From Roseivirga sp. (lineage in GTDB: Bacteria; Bacteroidota; Bacteroidia; Cytophagales; Cyclobacteriaceae): DNA of 64,000 bases. Each line of letters opens with the position of its first letter. Position 1 is the stretch's first letter. The translations under genes and the position numbers were made by a program. Under the pieces are notes generated by a model. It was not told where the DNA came from. It made no database searches and saw nothing but the letters and a program-made list of their open reading frames with translations. This document shows positions 1 through 12,211 of the stretch, one piece after another. The stretch spans positions 40,482-104,481 of the forward strand of contig JAJCYM010000002.1 in the NCBI GenBank assembly GCA_029262895.1. The letters are read 5' to 3'.

Positions 1-35
1 CTCAGACGGGCCTCAAAGTACACGAAACCCCTAAT

Positions 36-1163
36 CTAGTTTGGGTTAATGTCTTCTCCTTTTTCCAGTTTAGCAATATAACCTTCAATCACAGCCTTGT
101 TGTTAGCAGGAAGTGCGGGATTTGCTAAAACCAGTTTCTCATATTTCAAGGCTTTCTTGAAATCACCCATAGAAGAATAGGTTCTGGCTAGACCGTGTTG
201 AGCGAGAAAATTGGCGTCCCATTTTTTGATCATTTTCTCAAAGACTTTGAGTGCTTTTGCATCTTGATCCTGAGTGATTAATGTGGTACCATAAGTATAA
301 TAATTGTTCGGTTGCACTGTAGGATCGTCAAGTACTTCGTCCATAACGACATAAGCCTCTTCGTTTTTGTTAGTTGCAAATAAGACTTGTGCCTTAACAC
401 CTAAAGTGTTGGCGTTTTTCAGAGCATTGACGGCCTGATCAGCCCAGATAAGGGCCTGGTCTAGATGCACATTATTATTCACACAATATTGAGCTGCACT
501 CAACGGACCCTGGAAGCCAAAACCTTGAGTGCTTCTGAGTTGATTTTTGGCGTTGGCGACAACTAATTCATGAACATCAAATTCTACTTTAAATGGGAAT
601 CTTTTGTTTTCCCAGTCAAGCACAACATCAGCGGACGTTGCTGTGACATTCACAAAATCATAAGTGAGCCTTTCAGTAAAGCTATTGTCAGAAGACTTGC
701 TTTTAACACGTAGAGCATCCTCCGATTCTTCATACCAGAAGCTACCCCAGGATGTAGTGTTATTGGAAAAGATGACATCAATGTCACCATTTTCAAAAAC
801 AGCCATGTGTAAGCCATATGATCCTGCAGCTAAATCTTTTCCCTCTATTTTAACATCATCAGAAAAAGTGATTACTGTGTTTTCGTTGGCTCCGGTTCTC
901 CAGGGAATTGGCTTTCCATTGCCAAATCCAACAACACTGTATCCATAAGGTACTAGTTGACCCCATACTTTTCCCTCCCTTCCATTAACAGAAGGCCTGG
1001 AATAATCGATTGAAATTGTGGAAATACCGATGGTCTGTTTTACCCCAGCTTTAGGGCTGGCAGCATTTGGTGTGGTGATGGTGGTTTGAGCATTGCCGAC
1101 TGCACCTATTAACAAAAGTGCAAACATGGCATACCCCACCCTCTTCAAATTGTTGGTCTTCAT
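36..1163 (-). CDS. Secreted DUF2911-type protein with C-terminal TPR repeats
   Basis: Signal peptide; DYSRPSVNGR, WGQLVPYG and WRTGANE motifs typical of DUF2911; helical TPR-like C-terminal half. Confidence 0.75.
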   Translation of the reverse strand: MKTNNLKRVGYAMFALLLIGAVGNAQTTITTPNAASPKAGVKQTIGISTISIDYSRPSVNGREGKVWGQLVPYGYSVVGFGNGKPIPWRTGANENTVITFSDDVKIEGKDLAAGSYGLHMAVFENGDIDVIFSNNTTSWGSFWYEESEDALRVKSKSSDNSFTERLTYDFVNVTATSADVVLDWENKRFPFKVEFDVHELVVANAKNQLRSTQGFGFQGPLSAAQYCVNNNVHLDQALIWADQAVNALKNANTLGVKAQVLFATNKNEEAYVVMDEVLDDPTVQPNNYYTYGTTLITQDQDAKALKVFEKMIKKWDANFLAQHGLARTYSSMGDFKKALKYEKLVLANPALPANNKAVIEGYIAKLEKGEDINPN

Positions 1164-1345
1164 GATTTTTGAGTTTTGGGTTTGTTACTATCCTATAACC
1201 TGAATTCAGGTCATCCGAGTCAAACGGCCTTAACTACATTTGACTAGTCCAAAGTGATCAGGATAATTTCATCTGATATTGTCGGTAAAAATAGATGATG
1301 AACGGTAAAATGGAATTTCACGAAATCAGATGCTAAACCAGGCTA

Positions 1346-1385
1346 TGTCATTATGACATTTATTATTCATTGGCAATAAAATTGT
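1346..1385 (+). promoter_or_regulatory. Candidate heat-shock promoter/operator motif upstream of grpE-dnaJ (TGTCA-N3-TGACA-N13-GG-N10-GT)
   Basis: Same architecture and spacing as the motif upstream of dnaK (32302-32343). Confidence 0.5.
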
Positions 1386-1416
1386 AGATTCGCAGCTGTT
1401 TTGAAGCAGAATAACA

Positions 1417-1995
1417 ATGGCTAAGAAAAAGGAGAAAAAAAAGACTTTGAAAAAGGAAGAACAAGAACAGGTTCAGGATGTGATGGAAGCTCAGGAAAAT
1501 GAGGAAACCCTTGAACAAGAGGATGTTAAGGAAGAAGAACTGAGCATCGAGGAAAAGTTGACAATCGAGCTAGCTGAAGCCAAGGACAAGTACTTAAGGC
1601 TTTACTCCGAATTTGAGAATTTTAGAAGAAGGACTGCCAAGGAGAGGTTAGAACTGACAAAATCGGCTAATTCAGATTTGATGGTTGATCTTCTGCCAGT
1701 AATTGATGATTTCGAGCGGGCAAATACTGCCAACGAGACACAGGATGACATTGAGGCTGTCAAAGAGGGCTTCGGTCTGATCAATCATAAATTTTTCAAG
1801 GTATTGGAGCAAAGAGGACTCAAGCCAATGGACACCAGCAAGGGCAGTTCATTTGATGCTGATTTGCACGAAGCAATTGCACAATTTCCGGCAGAAGAAG
1901 AAGGCCTGAAAGGCCAAATCATTGATACGGTAGAAAAGGGTTACTACTTAGGAGATAAGGTTGTGCGTTTTGCGAAAGTAGTTTTAGCATCATAG
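1417..1995 (+). CDS. grpE: Nucleotide exchange factor GrpE
   Basis: [49 protein letters not shown] motifs; directly upstream of dnaJ. Confidence 0.97.
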   Translation: MAKKKEKKKTLKKEEQEQVQDVMEAQENEETLEQEDVKEEELSIEEKLTIELAEAKDKYLRLYSEFENFRRRTAKERLELTKSANSDLMVDLLPVIDDFERANTANETQDDIEAVKEGFGLINHKFFKVLEQRGLKPMDTSKGSSFDADLHEAIAQFPAEEEGLKGQIIDTVEKGYYLGDKVVRFAKVVLAS

Positions 1996-1997
1996 CA

Positions 1998-3110
1998 ATG
2001 GCAAAAAGAGATTATTACGACATTCTGGGAGTAAGCAAGTCGGCTACAGAAGATGAGATGAAGAAGGCTTATCGCAAGCTTGCTATCAAATACCACCCCG
2101 ACAAAAATCCAGACGATAACGAGGCCGAAGAAAAATTCAAGGAAGCTGCTGAAGCCTACGAGATTTTGAGTAATGCTGAAAAGCGAGCTCAATACGATCG
2201 ATTTGGTCATGAAGGCATGCGCGGTGCCGGATCTGCCGGTGGCGGAATGAACATGGAAGATATCTTCTCTCAATTCGGAGATATTTTTGGTGGAGGTGGC
2301 GGAAGCCCATTCGAAAGTTTCTTTGGAGGTGGTGGTCGAAGCAGACAGCGTAGAGGAACTAACCTGCGCATCAAACTTCAATTGACACTGGATGAAATTG
2401 CCAATGGTGTCGAAAAGAAAATCAAGGTAAACAGATTGATCAATGCCGATGGCGTAACCTTTAAAGCTTGCGGTACATGTGGAGGTTCAGGTCAGGTCAA
2501 GAAAGTGGTAAACACAATGCTTGGCCAGATGGTGTCAGCCTCTACCTGCCATGCTTGTAGTGGTGCAGGTAAAGTGATTGATAAACGACCTCCGGGAGTG
2601 GATAGCACAGGGCTTGAAATGAAGGAAGAGGTGATTCCAATTAAAATACCAGCTGGTGTAAGTGACGGCATGCAACTTTCCATGTCCGGAAAGGGAAACA
2701 TGTCCCCGGGAGGCGGATCACCAGGAGATTTGCTTATCGTTATTGAAGAAGCCGAGCACGAAACCCTAAAAAGAGACGGTAATAATATTGTCTTCGATCT
2801 GTATGTCAATTTTATTGACGCGGCTCTTGGCTCCAGCATTGAAGTGCCTACCATAGATGGTAAAGTCAGAATTAAAATTGATCCTGGAACCCAAAGTGGC
2901 AAAATTCTGCGCTTAAGAGGAAAGGGAATTAAGGATATTAACGGTTATGGAAAAGGAGATGAGCTAATCCATGTTAACGTTTGGACTCCCAAAAAACTGA
3001 GTAGTGAAGAAAGAACTACATTAGAAAACCTGAGAGAGTCAGAGAATTTTCAGCCACAACCAGGCAAGGGCGAAAAAGGCTTTTTTGAAAAGATGCGGGA
3101 ATTCTTTTAG
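1998..3110 (+). CDS. dnaJ: Chaperone DnaJ
   Basis: J domain with HPD, G/F-rich region, CxxCxGxG repeats (only two), C-terminal substrate-binding domain. Confidence 0.97.
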   Translation: MAKRDYYDILGVSKSATEDEMKKAYRKLAIKYHPDKNPDDNEAEEKFKEAAEAYEILSNAEKRAQYDRFGHEGMRGAGSAGGGMNMEDIFSQFGDIFGGGGGSPFESFFGGGGRSRQRRGTNLRIKLQLTLDEIANGVEKKIKVNRLINADGVTFKACGTCGGSGQVKKVVNTMLGQMVSASTCHACSGAGKVIDKRPPGVDSTGLEMKEEVIPIKIPAGVSDGMQLSMSGKGNMSPGGGSPGDLLIVIEEAEHETLKRDGNNIVFDLYVNFIDAALGSSIEVPTIDGKVRIKIDPGTQSGKILRLRGKGIKDINGYGKGDELIHVNVWTPKKLSSEERTTLENLRESENFQPQPGKGEKGFFEKMREFF

Positions 3111-3132
3111 CAATTCCTTCAAAACATTTGGT

Positions 3133-3157
3133 AGAGGTCGCTTCACGCGGCCTTTTT
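3133..3157 (+). terminator. Rho-independent terminator after dnaJ
   Basis: AGAGGTCGC-ttcac-GCGGCCTTT hairpin plus T run. Confidence 0.6.
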
Positions 3158-3255
3158 CATTCCAAAATGTGTGAAAACCGACAAATTCCTGCTAAACTGC
3201 GCCTTGGATATCAGTGATCTGTAACCCAAAGATTAAACAAACCGTACGCAAGCAT

Positions 3256-4143
3256 ATGCAAAAAGTACTTTTACTGGTTACCATGTTGGGGGTAGCGGGG
3301 TTGGAAGCTGTGGGTCAGGAAAAAAGTCACTTCACTGTTGAAGACAATGACGCTTGTGATCAGGTGTATTTTTATCTCAAGTCAGCCTCTGGGACTTGTG
3401 ACATAAGGACCAGAAATGGCAAAGTTCCTATTAATATTATCGGCAAGGCCAATTTAGACTACATAACTCCAGAATTTGGTCAGGATCATGAAGGCAGTAC
3501 GCTAAAAGCCTGGCTCACCTTGCATGACAAAGGCAAAGAGGGATTTGGTAGAAAGCTTTCTAAACTTTTCGGAAAAAAAACCACCGACACCGAGAACTAT
3601 TGGAATATTTACCTCACAAACTACAAGCCCTATCACCTTAACCTTAACTATGGTTTGGGTAAGTCTTACGTTGACCTATCTAATATTCCCGTTCAAAATC
3701 TCAAGATATTCTCAGGTAATGCTCATGTAAAAGTAGGCTACCATGGTAAGATGGGTAACAGAGTGGAGATGGATACTTTTCAAGTGAATGTAGACCTCGG
3801 AGACATTGAGATTGCCCAATTGAATCTGGCAAGAGCCAAAGTGATTATGGCTGAGGTCGGATTCGGTTCTTTAAAGCTCGACTTTGCCGAGCAACCCGAA
3901 GTAGCCGGGGAAATTTGGGCGAAAGTGGGTGCTGGTAGCCTGGTTGTAGATTTACCCGATCAGTCAATACCTATGATCATCTTTATGAAAAGCACTTCAT
4001 ATCGCAAACTCAAAGTGCCGACTGGCTTCAAAATGGTAAAAAAGAATGTATATATAAGTGAGGCTTATGACCCAGATGCTGAGAACCTGCTCACGTTTAA
4101 TATTGATCTCTCCATGGGCAGTGTTGTCTTCTCCGATAATTAA
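3256..4143 (+). CDS. Secreted hypothetical protein, possibly DUF2154/LiaF-like beta-solenoid
   Basis: Signal peptide from the ATG at 3256 (ORF track starts at 3214); repeated L-x-L-G-x-G...L-D-L strands. Confidence 0.45.
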   Translation: MQKVLLLVTMLGVAGLEAVGQEKSHFTVEDNDACDQVYFYLKSASGTCDIRTRNGKVPINIIGKANLDYITPEFGQDHEGSTLKAWLTLHDKGKEGFGRKLSKLFGKKTTDTENYWNIYLTNYKPYHLNLNYGLGKSYVDLSNIPVQNLKIFSGNAHVKVGYHGKMGNRVEMDTFQVNVDLGDIEIAQLNLARAKVIMAEVGFGSLKLDFAEQPEVAGEIWAKVGAGSLVVDLPDQSIPMIIFMKSTSYRKLKVPTGFKMVKKNVYISEAYDPDAENLLTFNIDLSMGSVVFSDN

Positions 4144-4308
4144 CCCGGTTTATGTAATAGGGTTCGTAGTGAGGGCGTAAGTCGCAATGAATCAGGATGT
4201 TTGACTTTGAAAGCATAGCACCGCTATGGTGAAAAGACAAACGAAGTGCAGCGACTGATTCGAAGTGAATTACGTCCGTAATAGAAAGTCTATTGCATTA
4301 TCCGGGTT
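4141..4308 (+). repeat. MITE-like palindromic dispersed element, filled copy 1
   Basis: Terminal inverted repeats TAACCCGG..TAATAG / CTATTGCATTATCCGGGTT; highly similar to the reverse complement of 26270-26475. Confidence 0.8.
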
Positions 4309-4453
4309 CAACCAAACCTCTTTGATTCCGCAAAGCGGTATTAAAAACCATTCACCATAAAATTTTGCTTACATCGAATCAGAAGTGTAATCTTTGGTTG
4401 CTTTTAATCTTGCGGTGCGACCGCTAAATTTATAACAACCAAAAACTGAGACA

Positions 4454-5365
4454 TTGAATATTCTTGAAGCCAACAATGTTTCCAAGGCCTATGCTGCACA
4501 TAAAGCCTTGGATGACGTAAGCATCTCAATTCCAAAGCAGTCAATTTTCGGACTGTTAGGTCCCAACGGAGCTGGAAAAACCACACTTATCAGAATCATT
4601 AATCAGATCATCATGTCTGATGGAGGAGAAATTCTGATCAATGGAGAAAAACTACATCCGAAACATGTGAATGTCATTGGATACCTGCCTGAAGAACGTG
4701 GGTTATACAAAAAAATGAAGGTAGGTGAGCAACTCATGTACTTGGCTCAATTAAAAGGTTTGTCTTCTGGAGAGGCACGGTCACGCATCAAAAACTGGCT
4801 TGACAAAATGAGCTTGACCGAATGGGCAGGCAAGAAAGTAGAAGACCTTTCCAAAGGTATGGCTCAAAAAATTCAGTTCATTGCTACCGTTATGCATGAG
4901 CCCGATCTGCTGATCCTTGATGAACCATTTTCTGGTTTTGATCCGGTAAATGCCAATTTGATTAAGGATGAGATCTTTGAGTTGAGAGAAAAAGGGGCAA
5001 CAGTAATTTTCTCAACACACAGAATGGAATCTGTGGAGCAACTTTGCGATGATATCGCTATGATTAATCATTCAAAAAAGATTTTAGACGGTACAAAAAA
5101 GGATATTAAGAAGTCTTATAAAAGCAACAAGTACCAGGTAGATTATAAAGGTCAATTAACCGGATTAAGCCCGGAATTTTCAATTGTTGAAACGAGCGTA
5201 ATTGAAGATGACTTTTCCCAGGCGATTATTCAAGTTCAGAATGGGCAAAACCCAAATCAACTTTTAAGTGAGTTGATCAACAAAACCGAGGTACACGGAT
5301 TTACGGAAGTGATACCTTCGATTAATGACATATTTATTACCATAGTAGAAGAGGCACAATCATGA
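4454..5365 (+). CDS. ABC transporter ATP-binding protein (NatA/YhaQ-like)
   Basis: Walker A GPNGAGKTT, signature LSKGM, Walker B LILDE, H-loop; TTG start. Confidence 0.93.
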   Translation: MNILEANNVSKAYAAHKALDDVSISIPKQSIFGLLGPNGAGKTTLIRIINQIIMSDGGEILINGEKLHPKHVNVIGYLPEERGLYKKMKVGEQLMYLAQLKGLSSGEARSRIKNWLDKMSLTEWAGKKVEDLSKGMAQKIQFIATVMHEPDLLILDEPFSGFDPVNANLIKDEIFELREKGATVIFSTHRMESVEQLCDDIAMINHSKKILDGTKKDIKKSYKSNKYQVDYKGQLTGLSPEFSIVETSVIEDDFSQAIIQVQNGQNPNQLLSELINKTEVHGFTEVIPSINDIFITIVEEAQS

Positions 5366-6684
5366 GACAGATATTTTTAGTATTCAAAAGGGAATACCTT
5401 ACCAGGGTTAAAAAGAAGTCGTTTTTATTAGCCACAATTCTTACTCCATTACTTTTTCCCGCGCTGATTTTTGGCATAATTTATCTGGCCAACACAGACG
5501 GTGGCAACGAGGATAAGGACATTTTTGTGTTGGATGAAAGCGGATATTTTGCAGATGCCTTTAACGATTCCGACTATAATTATTCTCATGTAACAGGTAC
5601 ACTAGACGAGGCTAAAGCCAAATTTCAGGAAGAAGGAGTGTATGGCTTAATCCATATTCCAGTGCTTGACTTGGAAGATGCAACCAAAACACGTTATGAT
5701 AATTTCTCCTTCTTCTCGGAAACCAATCCGGGCAATTCGGTAATGAATGATTTCGAACGAGTAATCAGAGTAAAACTTGAGTCAATAAAATTGGATCGAT
5801 CAGGGATTGATCCCAATGTTATTAATTCACTGAAAGTTAGCATTGACCTGGATTCATTTAATCTTGGTGAGACTGGTGAAGCGAAGGAAAATAATACAGG
5901 ACTTAGTTCTGCAATCGGCTACATTTTTGGATTCCTGATCTACATGTTCATTTTCATTTATGGCAGCCAGATTATGCAATCCGTTTTGGATGAAAAAACA
6001 AGTAGAATTGTGGAGGTCATAGTATCTTCTGTAAGGCCTTTTCAGTTGATGATGGGCAAAGTACTGGGCGTTGGCGCTGTAGGTTTTACACAGTTGTTGA
6101 TCTGGATAGTGTTGATGTTTACGCTTACCTCTGTGGGTATAGCCGTGTTTGGTGGTCCGGCTGCAGGTATGGAAATGATGGCTGACCAAATGTCACAGGA
6201 AATTGAGTTGACAGAGACTCAGGAAACAGTTGCAAATATTGAAAATCTGCTTGGCACCGTTCCGGTAGTTAAAATATTAGTATCATTCCTGTTTTACTTT
6301 TTAGGAGCTTACTTCTTATATGGAGCTTTATATGCTGCTGTGGGCTCTTCAGTAGACAGCATGCAGGATGCACAACAATTTATGTTTCCCATTATGATTC
6401 CAATTATTGCCGCAATAATTTCGCTTGGCTTTGTGTTGGATGATCCACATAGTTCGTTGGCAGTAACGCTGTCCATGATTCCCTTTACCTCCCCTATTAT
6501 TATGATGGCACGTTTACCTTTTGGGGTACCTACATGGCAATTACTGTTGTCAATGGTGTTATTGGTCGGAGGCTTTATGGGAACCATTTGGGTAGCAGGA
6601 AGAATCTACCGCGTTGGTATTTTAATGTACGGAGCAAAAGTCAATTGGAAAACCATCGCCAAGTGGTTTACAATGAAGGTTTAA
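5362..6684 (+). CDS. ABC-2 type permease (NatB/YhaP-like)
   Basis: KREYLTRVKKK N-terminus, EKTSRIVEVIVSSV and GKVLG motifs, multiple TM helices; ATGA overlap with the ATPase gene. Confidence 0.9.
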   Translation: MRQIFLVFKREYLTRVKKKSFLLATILTPLLFPALIFGIIYLANTDGGNEDKDIFVLDESGYFADAFNDSDYNYSHVTGTLDEAKAKFQEEGVYGLIHIPVLDLEDATKTRYDNFSFFSETNPGNSVMNDFERVIRVKLESIKLDRSGIDPNVINSLKVSIDLDSFNLGETGEAKENNTGLSSAIGYIFGFLIYMFIFIYGSQIMQSVLDEKTSRIVEVIVSSVRPFQLMMGKVLGVGAVGFTQLLIWIVLMFTLTSVGIAVFGGPAAGMEMMADQMSQEIELTETQETVANIENLLGTVPVVKILVSFLFYFLGAYFLYGALYAAVGSSVDSMQDAQQFMFPIMIPIIAAIISLGFVLDDPHSSLAVTLSMIPFTSPIIMMARLPFGVPTWQLLLSMVLLVGGFMGTIWVAGRIYRVGILMYGAKVNWKTIAKWFTMKV

Positions 6685-6726
6685 CCCAGTTTATGGAATA
6701 GAAAGTCTATAGTATAATCTGGGCTT
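6682..6726 (+). repeat. Empty (internal-segment-free) form of the 4141-4308 element
   Basis: Left 20 nt match 18/20 and right 24 nt match 19/24 to the ends of the filled copy, joined at AATAG. Confidence 0.7.
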
Positions 6727-6752
6727 AAAGAACTCACTGATCTTTGATCATC

Positions 6753-6782
6753 AAACCCAACCTCTATAAGGTTGGGTTTTTT
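6753..6782 (+). terminator. Rho-independent terminator
   Basis: AAACCCAACCT-ctata-AGGTTGGGTTT plus T run. Confidence 0.75.
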
Positions 6783-6869
6783 AATTCCATTCTGTATCAC
6801 GGGTTCAACTGTTTTTTCAACACATTGGTTAATAATTCATGCCAATTACACCTTAGGGTGTAACTTTTA

Positions 6870-7673
6870 ATGGCTAAGTATCGCCTAACCAATGAAGAAG
6901 CTGATCCACAAATGATTGTTAAGTCGAAGGTTTTAGAGAATGAGTTTATCCAAGTGACCAAAACCTACTATGAGGTCGGGGTCACGATGGAACCGCATCA
7001 GCATGACTTTACTTCAATCAGCATAGTATTGAATGGTCTTTTGAAAGAAGTGGTAGGGGAATCCCGTGTAGAAGGTGGGATAGCACAAACCAGTATTAAA
7101 CCAGCGGGAACAATACATCAAAATTACTTTTCTCAGGACTGTCATATATTGTCGATTGCCATCAAAGATGTTTCTGTACTTGATCCCAATGCGATTGATG
7201 TGTTGCAAGATTGGCATTGGGTCAGTGGTGTAAACAGTATTGGTTTTTTTCTTTCAGTAATTAAATGTTCAGAAGAGAGAGACTTTTTAAACCTCATTAA
7301 CAGCTGGATGAATTACCTGTCAGAGACATTAAATAGCAGACAAAAAGATTTAGTGCCGGATTGGATTCAGCAGACCAAGAGCTTTCTGGATAACAATTAT
7401 CATCAGCCATTAAGAAGTGATCTTTTGGCTGAACAATTCAATGTACACAGGGTTTACCTGGCCAGGGTATTTCGAAGATTCTTTGGAGTTTCGATCAAAG
7501 AGTATTTGAATGCAGTACGTATCCATAATGCCATCGGTTCAATCGTGATGAACAAGCAGAGTATGGTACAAACGGCCTTGGAAAATGGCTTCGCAGATCA
7601 GAGCCATTTCAACCGAAAATTCAAAGAACGACTCGATATCACTCCCTCTGAACTTCGCCAGCTGACCAGCTGA
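6870..7673 (+). CDS. AraC-family regulator with N-terminal cupin domain
   Basis: PHQH cupin motif; C-terminal double HTH with GFADQSHFNRKFK. Confidence 0.9.
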   Translation: MAKYRLTNEEADPQMIVKSKVLENEFIQVTKTYYEVGVTMEPHQHDFTSISIVLNGLLKEVVGESRVEGGIAQTSIKPAGTIHQNYFSQDCHILSIAIKDVSVLDPNAIDVLQDWHWVSGVNSIGFFLSVIKCSEERDFLNLINSWMNYLSETLNSRQKDLVPDWIQQTKSFLDNNYHQPLRSDLLAEQFNVHRVYLARVFRRFFGVSIKEYLNAVRIHNAIGSIVMNKQSMVQTALENGFADQSHFNRKFKERLDITPSELRQLTS

Positions 7674-7717
7674 AAGGTTGCATTTGTTCAATCCTTCAGG
7701 AATTGGAATCGTGATTT

Positions 7718-9229
7718 TTGCATAAACTCAAATTTATGAAAAGGAGCATTATCATTTTATTTATGCTGTGCGTTGCAGCGACTGGATATTCACAGGGAAA
7801 GGCCGCACGGGACATTGACAAGTTTATAGAAGAAACATTAAAAAGGCTTCCTGTGATCCCGGGTTTTGCTATTGCCGTGGTTAAGGATAATAAGCCTGTT
7901 TTGATCCAGGGTTATGGTTATGCTGATCGTGAGAAAGGAATCAAAGCCAATGCATCTACACCATTTTATATAGCCTCGGCTACTAAGTCATTTGTAGGTA
8001 CACTTGCAGTAATTTTGGAAAATGAGGGCAAACTGGATTTGAATGCCCCCCTAACATCCTATAAGCCATTCAAGAATCTAAAGAATAAGGCAGTTTTTGA
8101 TGACATAACAATAACCGACCTCCTGAGACACACAAGCGGCATCGAAAACGGCCCTCTCACTTTTCGTGATGCCTATACAGGAGATAAGCCAAGAGAGGTC
8201 ATGGTTATGCTGCTTGAAGAGGCAACGAAAATCAGGGCTGAAGGCAAAACCTATAGCTATGCTAATCTAGGTTACAACATACTGGATATTTTGTTGGAAG
8301 AAGAACTGGGGATGAATTGGAGAGATTTATTAAATGAGAAGTTGTTTATGCCTTTAAAAATGAAGCATACCACCGCATACATCTCAGAGGTGGAAAAGAA
8401 CAAATGGGGTCTGGCCTGGCCATATATGGCGTTCGGAAAAGGAGAGGTCAACAGAGCAGACTTGATGAAGGACGATTCTATGATGCAGGCCGCAGGAGGA
8501 CTTGTTTGCTCTGCCGAGGATGTGGCGAATTGGCTATTGTTTAATTTGAATTCTGGTAAGCTAAAAGGCAAGCAGGTTTATGCAGCAAATTTGCTCAGTA
8601 AGACCCAAAATAAGCAGATTGGCTATGAGCGGGAGGGACAAATTTTCACTGATAATGGGTATGGCCTAGGTTGGATTTCGGCTAATTATGGAAAAGAAAA
8701 TGTGAAGTATCATTTTGGGGGTTTTTCAGGTTTCTTCTCACACATTTCATTTATGCCTGATCAGTCTATTGGTGTAGCTGTTTTTGCTAACGAGTCAAAT
8801 TTTGGTTCTCGTATCGCCAACACAATTGCAGCCTATGCCTATGATCGAATGCTAAGTGAAATCTCTGAAGGTGAATATGAAAAAGCAGTGGCTGATCTTG
8901 AAAATGGAATGGCTCGAATAGAAATGATGGTTGCGGCTGACAGAGAGAAACAATCAAAACGGACCTGGCAGCTGGAAAGGCCCATGACAGCTTACGAGGG
9001 AGAATATTTCAATAAGTTTTTGGGCACTGTTAAAGTAAGCATAAAGGATGGAAAACCTGTGCTTTCGTTAGGCAGGCTTATGAGCACAGCAACGCCTTTC
9101 ACCCAGAAGAATACCATGCGGGTAGAACTAATGCCTGGACGTGGTGAGGTGATAAGGTTCGGGCTGAAAGAGACTGGTAGCGTGGCAGAACTCGTTTATC
9201 AGGGAGAGAAGTTCGAACGAGTTAAATAA
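7718..9229 (+). CDS. Secreted serine hydrolase (beta-lactamase/AmpC-like fold) with C-terminal DUF3471-like domain
   Basis: Signal peptide; SxxK (SATK), YxN (YAN), HFGG motifs. Confidence 0.88.
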   Translation: MHKLKFMKRSIIILFMLCVAATGYSQGKAARDIDKFIEETLKRLPVIPGFAIAVVKDNKPVLIQGYGYADREKGIKANASTPFYIASATKSFVGTLAVILENEGKLDLNAPLTSYKPFKNLKNKAVFDDITITDLLRHTSGIENGPLTFRDAYTGDKPREVMVMLLEEATKIRAEGKTYSYANLGYNILDILLEEELGMNWRDLLNEKLFMPLKMKHTTAYISEVEKNKWGLAWPYMAFGKGEVNRADLMKDDSMMQAAGGLVCSAEDVANWLLFNLNSGKLKGKQVYAANLLSKTQNKQIGYEREGQIFTDNGYGLGWISANYGKENVKYHFGGFSGFFSHISFMPDQSIGVAVFANESNFGSRIANTIAAYAYDRMLSEISEGEYEKAVADLENGMARIEMMVAADREKQSKRTWQLERPMTAYEGEYFNKFLGTVKVSIKDGKPVLSLGRLMSTATPFTQKNTMRVELMPGRGEVIRFGLKETGSVAELVYQGEKFERVK

Positions 9230-9244
9230 AAGACAAAGCGAAAG

Positions 9245-9276
9245 AGAGCCATTGATGAAGATCAATGGCTTTTTTT
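9245..9276 (+). terminator. Rho-independent terminator
   Basis: AGAGCCATTGAT-gaag-ATCAATGGCTTT plus T run. Confidence 0.8.
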
Positions 9277-9323
9277 GTTTCTGCTGTTTGCATTATCTGG
9301 GTTTAAGAAGTCCTTAAAGGGTT

Positions 9324-10574
9324 GTGCAACAATATTTTTCATTAATTTTCAACATGCGCAATCCTTTTAAGGAACCATTAGGTATCGATTTCTATAAAAA
9401 TCAATCTACTATCAAATGGGTGATTCTTGCTGTAGCCGTGATTATAGGTGGTGGGTCCATTGTATATACCAAACGCTTGGTTGACGACCTAAAGGACCAG
9501 GAAAGGCTCAATCTGAATATTTGGGCCAAAGCCTTAGAATATGCCAGTTTTGCCGAGGGAGATGTTCTGGATTTCATTACTGACAACATCATTACCCCTG
9601 ACAACCGACTGCCTGTCATTATTGTCGATTCTGCCAGTTCAGAGTATAATACTTATCGCAATGTCGGCACTAACAGTACGATGACGGCAGACGCCAAGGA
9701 CCGAACATTGGCCAATACCTTGAAAAAAATGAAATTGGAGAATGAGCCAATTCGTGTTGAGTTCAAGGATCAGGAAACAGATGATATTTACCGGGTGCAA
9801 TTCGTATACTACCGAAATTCTTATCTACTTAGACAGCTCAGCGCCTACCCCTATATTCAGCTTACTGTGATGGCCATATTCGGAGTGATTGCCTACCTGG
9901 CGATTAGTTTTTCAAGAACCTCAGAGCAAAACAAACTCTGGGTGGGTTTGGCCAAGGAAACAGCACATCAATTGGGTACCCCGCTCACCTCCCTAATGGC
10001 TTGGGTGGAGTACCTCAAAGGACTACCTGAGATGGAAGGTAGAGAGGACATTACTAAGGAGCTACAAAAGGATGTCATCCGTCTTGATATGATCACCGCA
10101 AGATTTTCCAATATTGGTTCGGCACCAGACCTTAAGGATGAAAATATTTTTGAAGCTGTGACCAATATTGTTGAATACCTGAAACCAAGGGTTTCCTCCA
10201 AGGTGGAGTTTCAAATCAGGGCTGATGCAAAAGAGCTAACGGCCAAAATGAATAAGCCATTGTTTGAATGGGTGGTAGAGAACATTTGTAAAAATGGTAT
10301 TGATGCCATGAGTGGAATTGGGCGCATTGAAATAAACATAGGGCAGGACAGCGAAAAAACAGCTTTTATTGATATCGCTGATAATGGAAAGGGAATCGCC
10401 AAGCGCAAAATCAGAGAAGTTTTCAAACCTGGATTTACAACAAAAAAAAGAGGCTGGGGATTGGGACTGACACTCGTTCAAAGAATCATAGAAAATTACC
10501 ACCTGGGGCGCATTTTTGTTAAAAATTCGAACGTGGATGTCGGTACAACATTCCGCATAGTTTTGACCGCCTGA
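9324..10574 (+). CDS. Membrane sensor histidine kinase (no adjacent response regulator)
   Basis: Two TM helices; H box AHQLGTPL; N box ENICKNG; DNGKG; GWGLGL. Confidence 0.92.
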   Translation: MQQYFSLIFNMRNPFKEPLGIDFYKNQSTIKWVILAVAVIIGGGSIVYTKRLVDDLKDQERLNLNIWAKALEYASFAEGDVLDFITDNIITPDNRLPVIIVDSASSEYNTYRNVGTNSTMTADAKDRTLANTLKKMKLENEPIRVEFKDQETDDIYRVQFVYYRNSYLLRQLSAYPYIQLTVMAIFGVIAYLAISFSRTSEQNKLWVGLAKETAHQLGTPLTSLMAWVEYLKGLPEMEGREDITKELQKDVIRLDMITARFSNIGSAPDLKDENIFEAVTNIVEYLKPRVSSKVEFQIRADAKELTAKMNKPLFEWVVENICKNGIDAMSGIGRIEINIGQDSEKTAFIDIADNGKGIAKRKIREVFKPGFTTKKRGWGLGLTLVQRIIENYHLGRIFVKNSNVDVGTTFRIVLTA

Positions 10575-10612
10575 TTTGTGCAATTCTTTAGTCTCTAATT
10601 TCGCTTGTACAC

Positions 10613-10643
10613 TTTGGATTAAAAGATATTCGGATTACCTTTG
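10613..10643 (+). promoter_or_regulatory. Bacteroidota housekeeping promoter (-33 TTTG / -7 TACCTTTG) for atpD
   Basis: TTTG at 10613-10616, 19-nt spacer, TAnnTTTG at 10636-10643. Confidence 0.65.
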
Positions 10644-10691
10644 CAGCCGGATCAGGGAACCTCATTTTCACCCTGTTTAGACAAAAATTAA

Positions 10692-12203
<1,512 letters not shown>

Positions 12204-12211
12204 GAGTAATC

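Noticed and set aside
4141-4308. Riboswitch upstream of the ABC transporter
   Set aside because: A second copy lies in a 3' intergenic context in the opposite orientation and no known aptamer consensus was recognised; a mobile repeat explains it better.
4141-6726. Integron attC sites (palindromes starting at TAAC stop codons)
   Set aside because: No consistent GTTRRRY right end, no integron integrase, and the flanking genes are operonic rather than cassette-like.
7718-9229. Clinically relevant beta-lactamase (also 26486-27565)
   Set aside because: SxxK serine hydrolases of this type are common peptidases or esterases; sequence alone does not support a resistance call.
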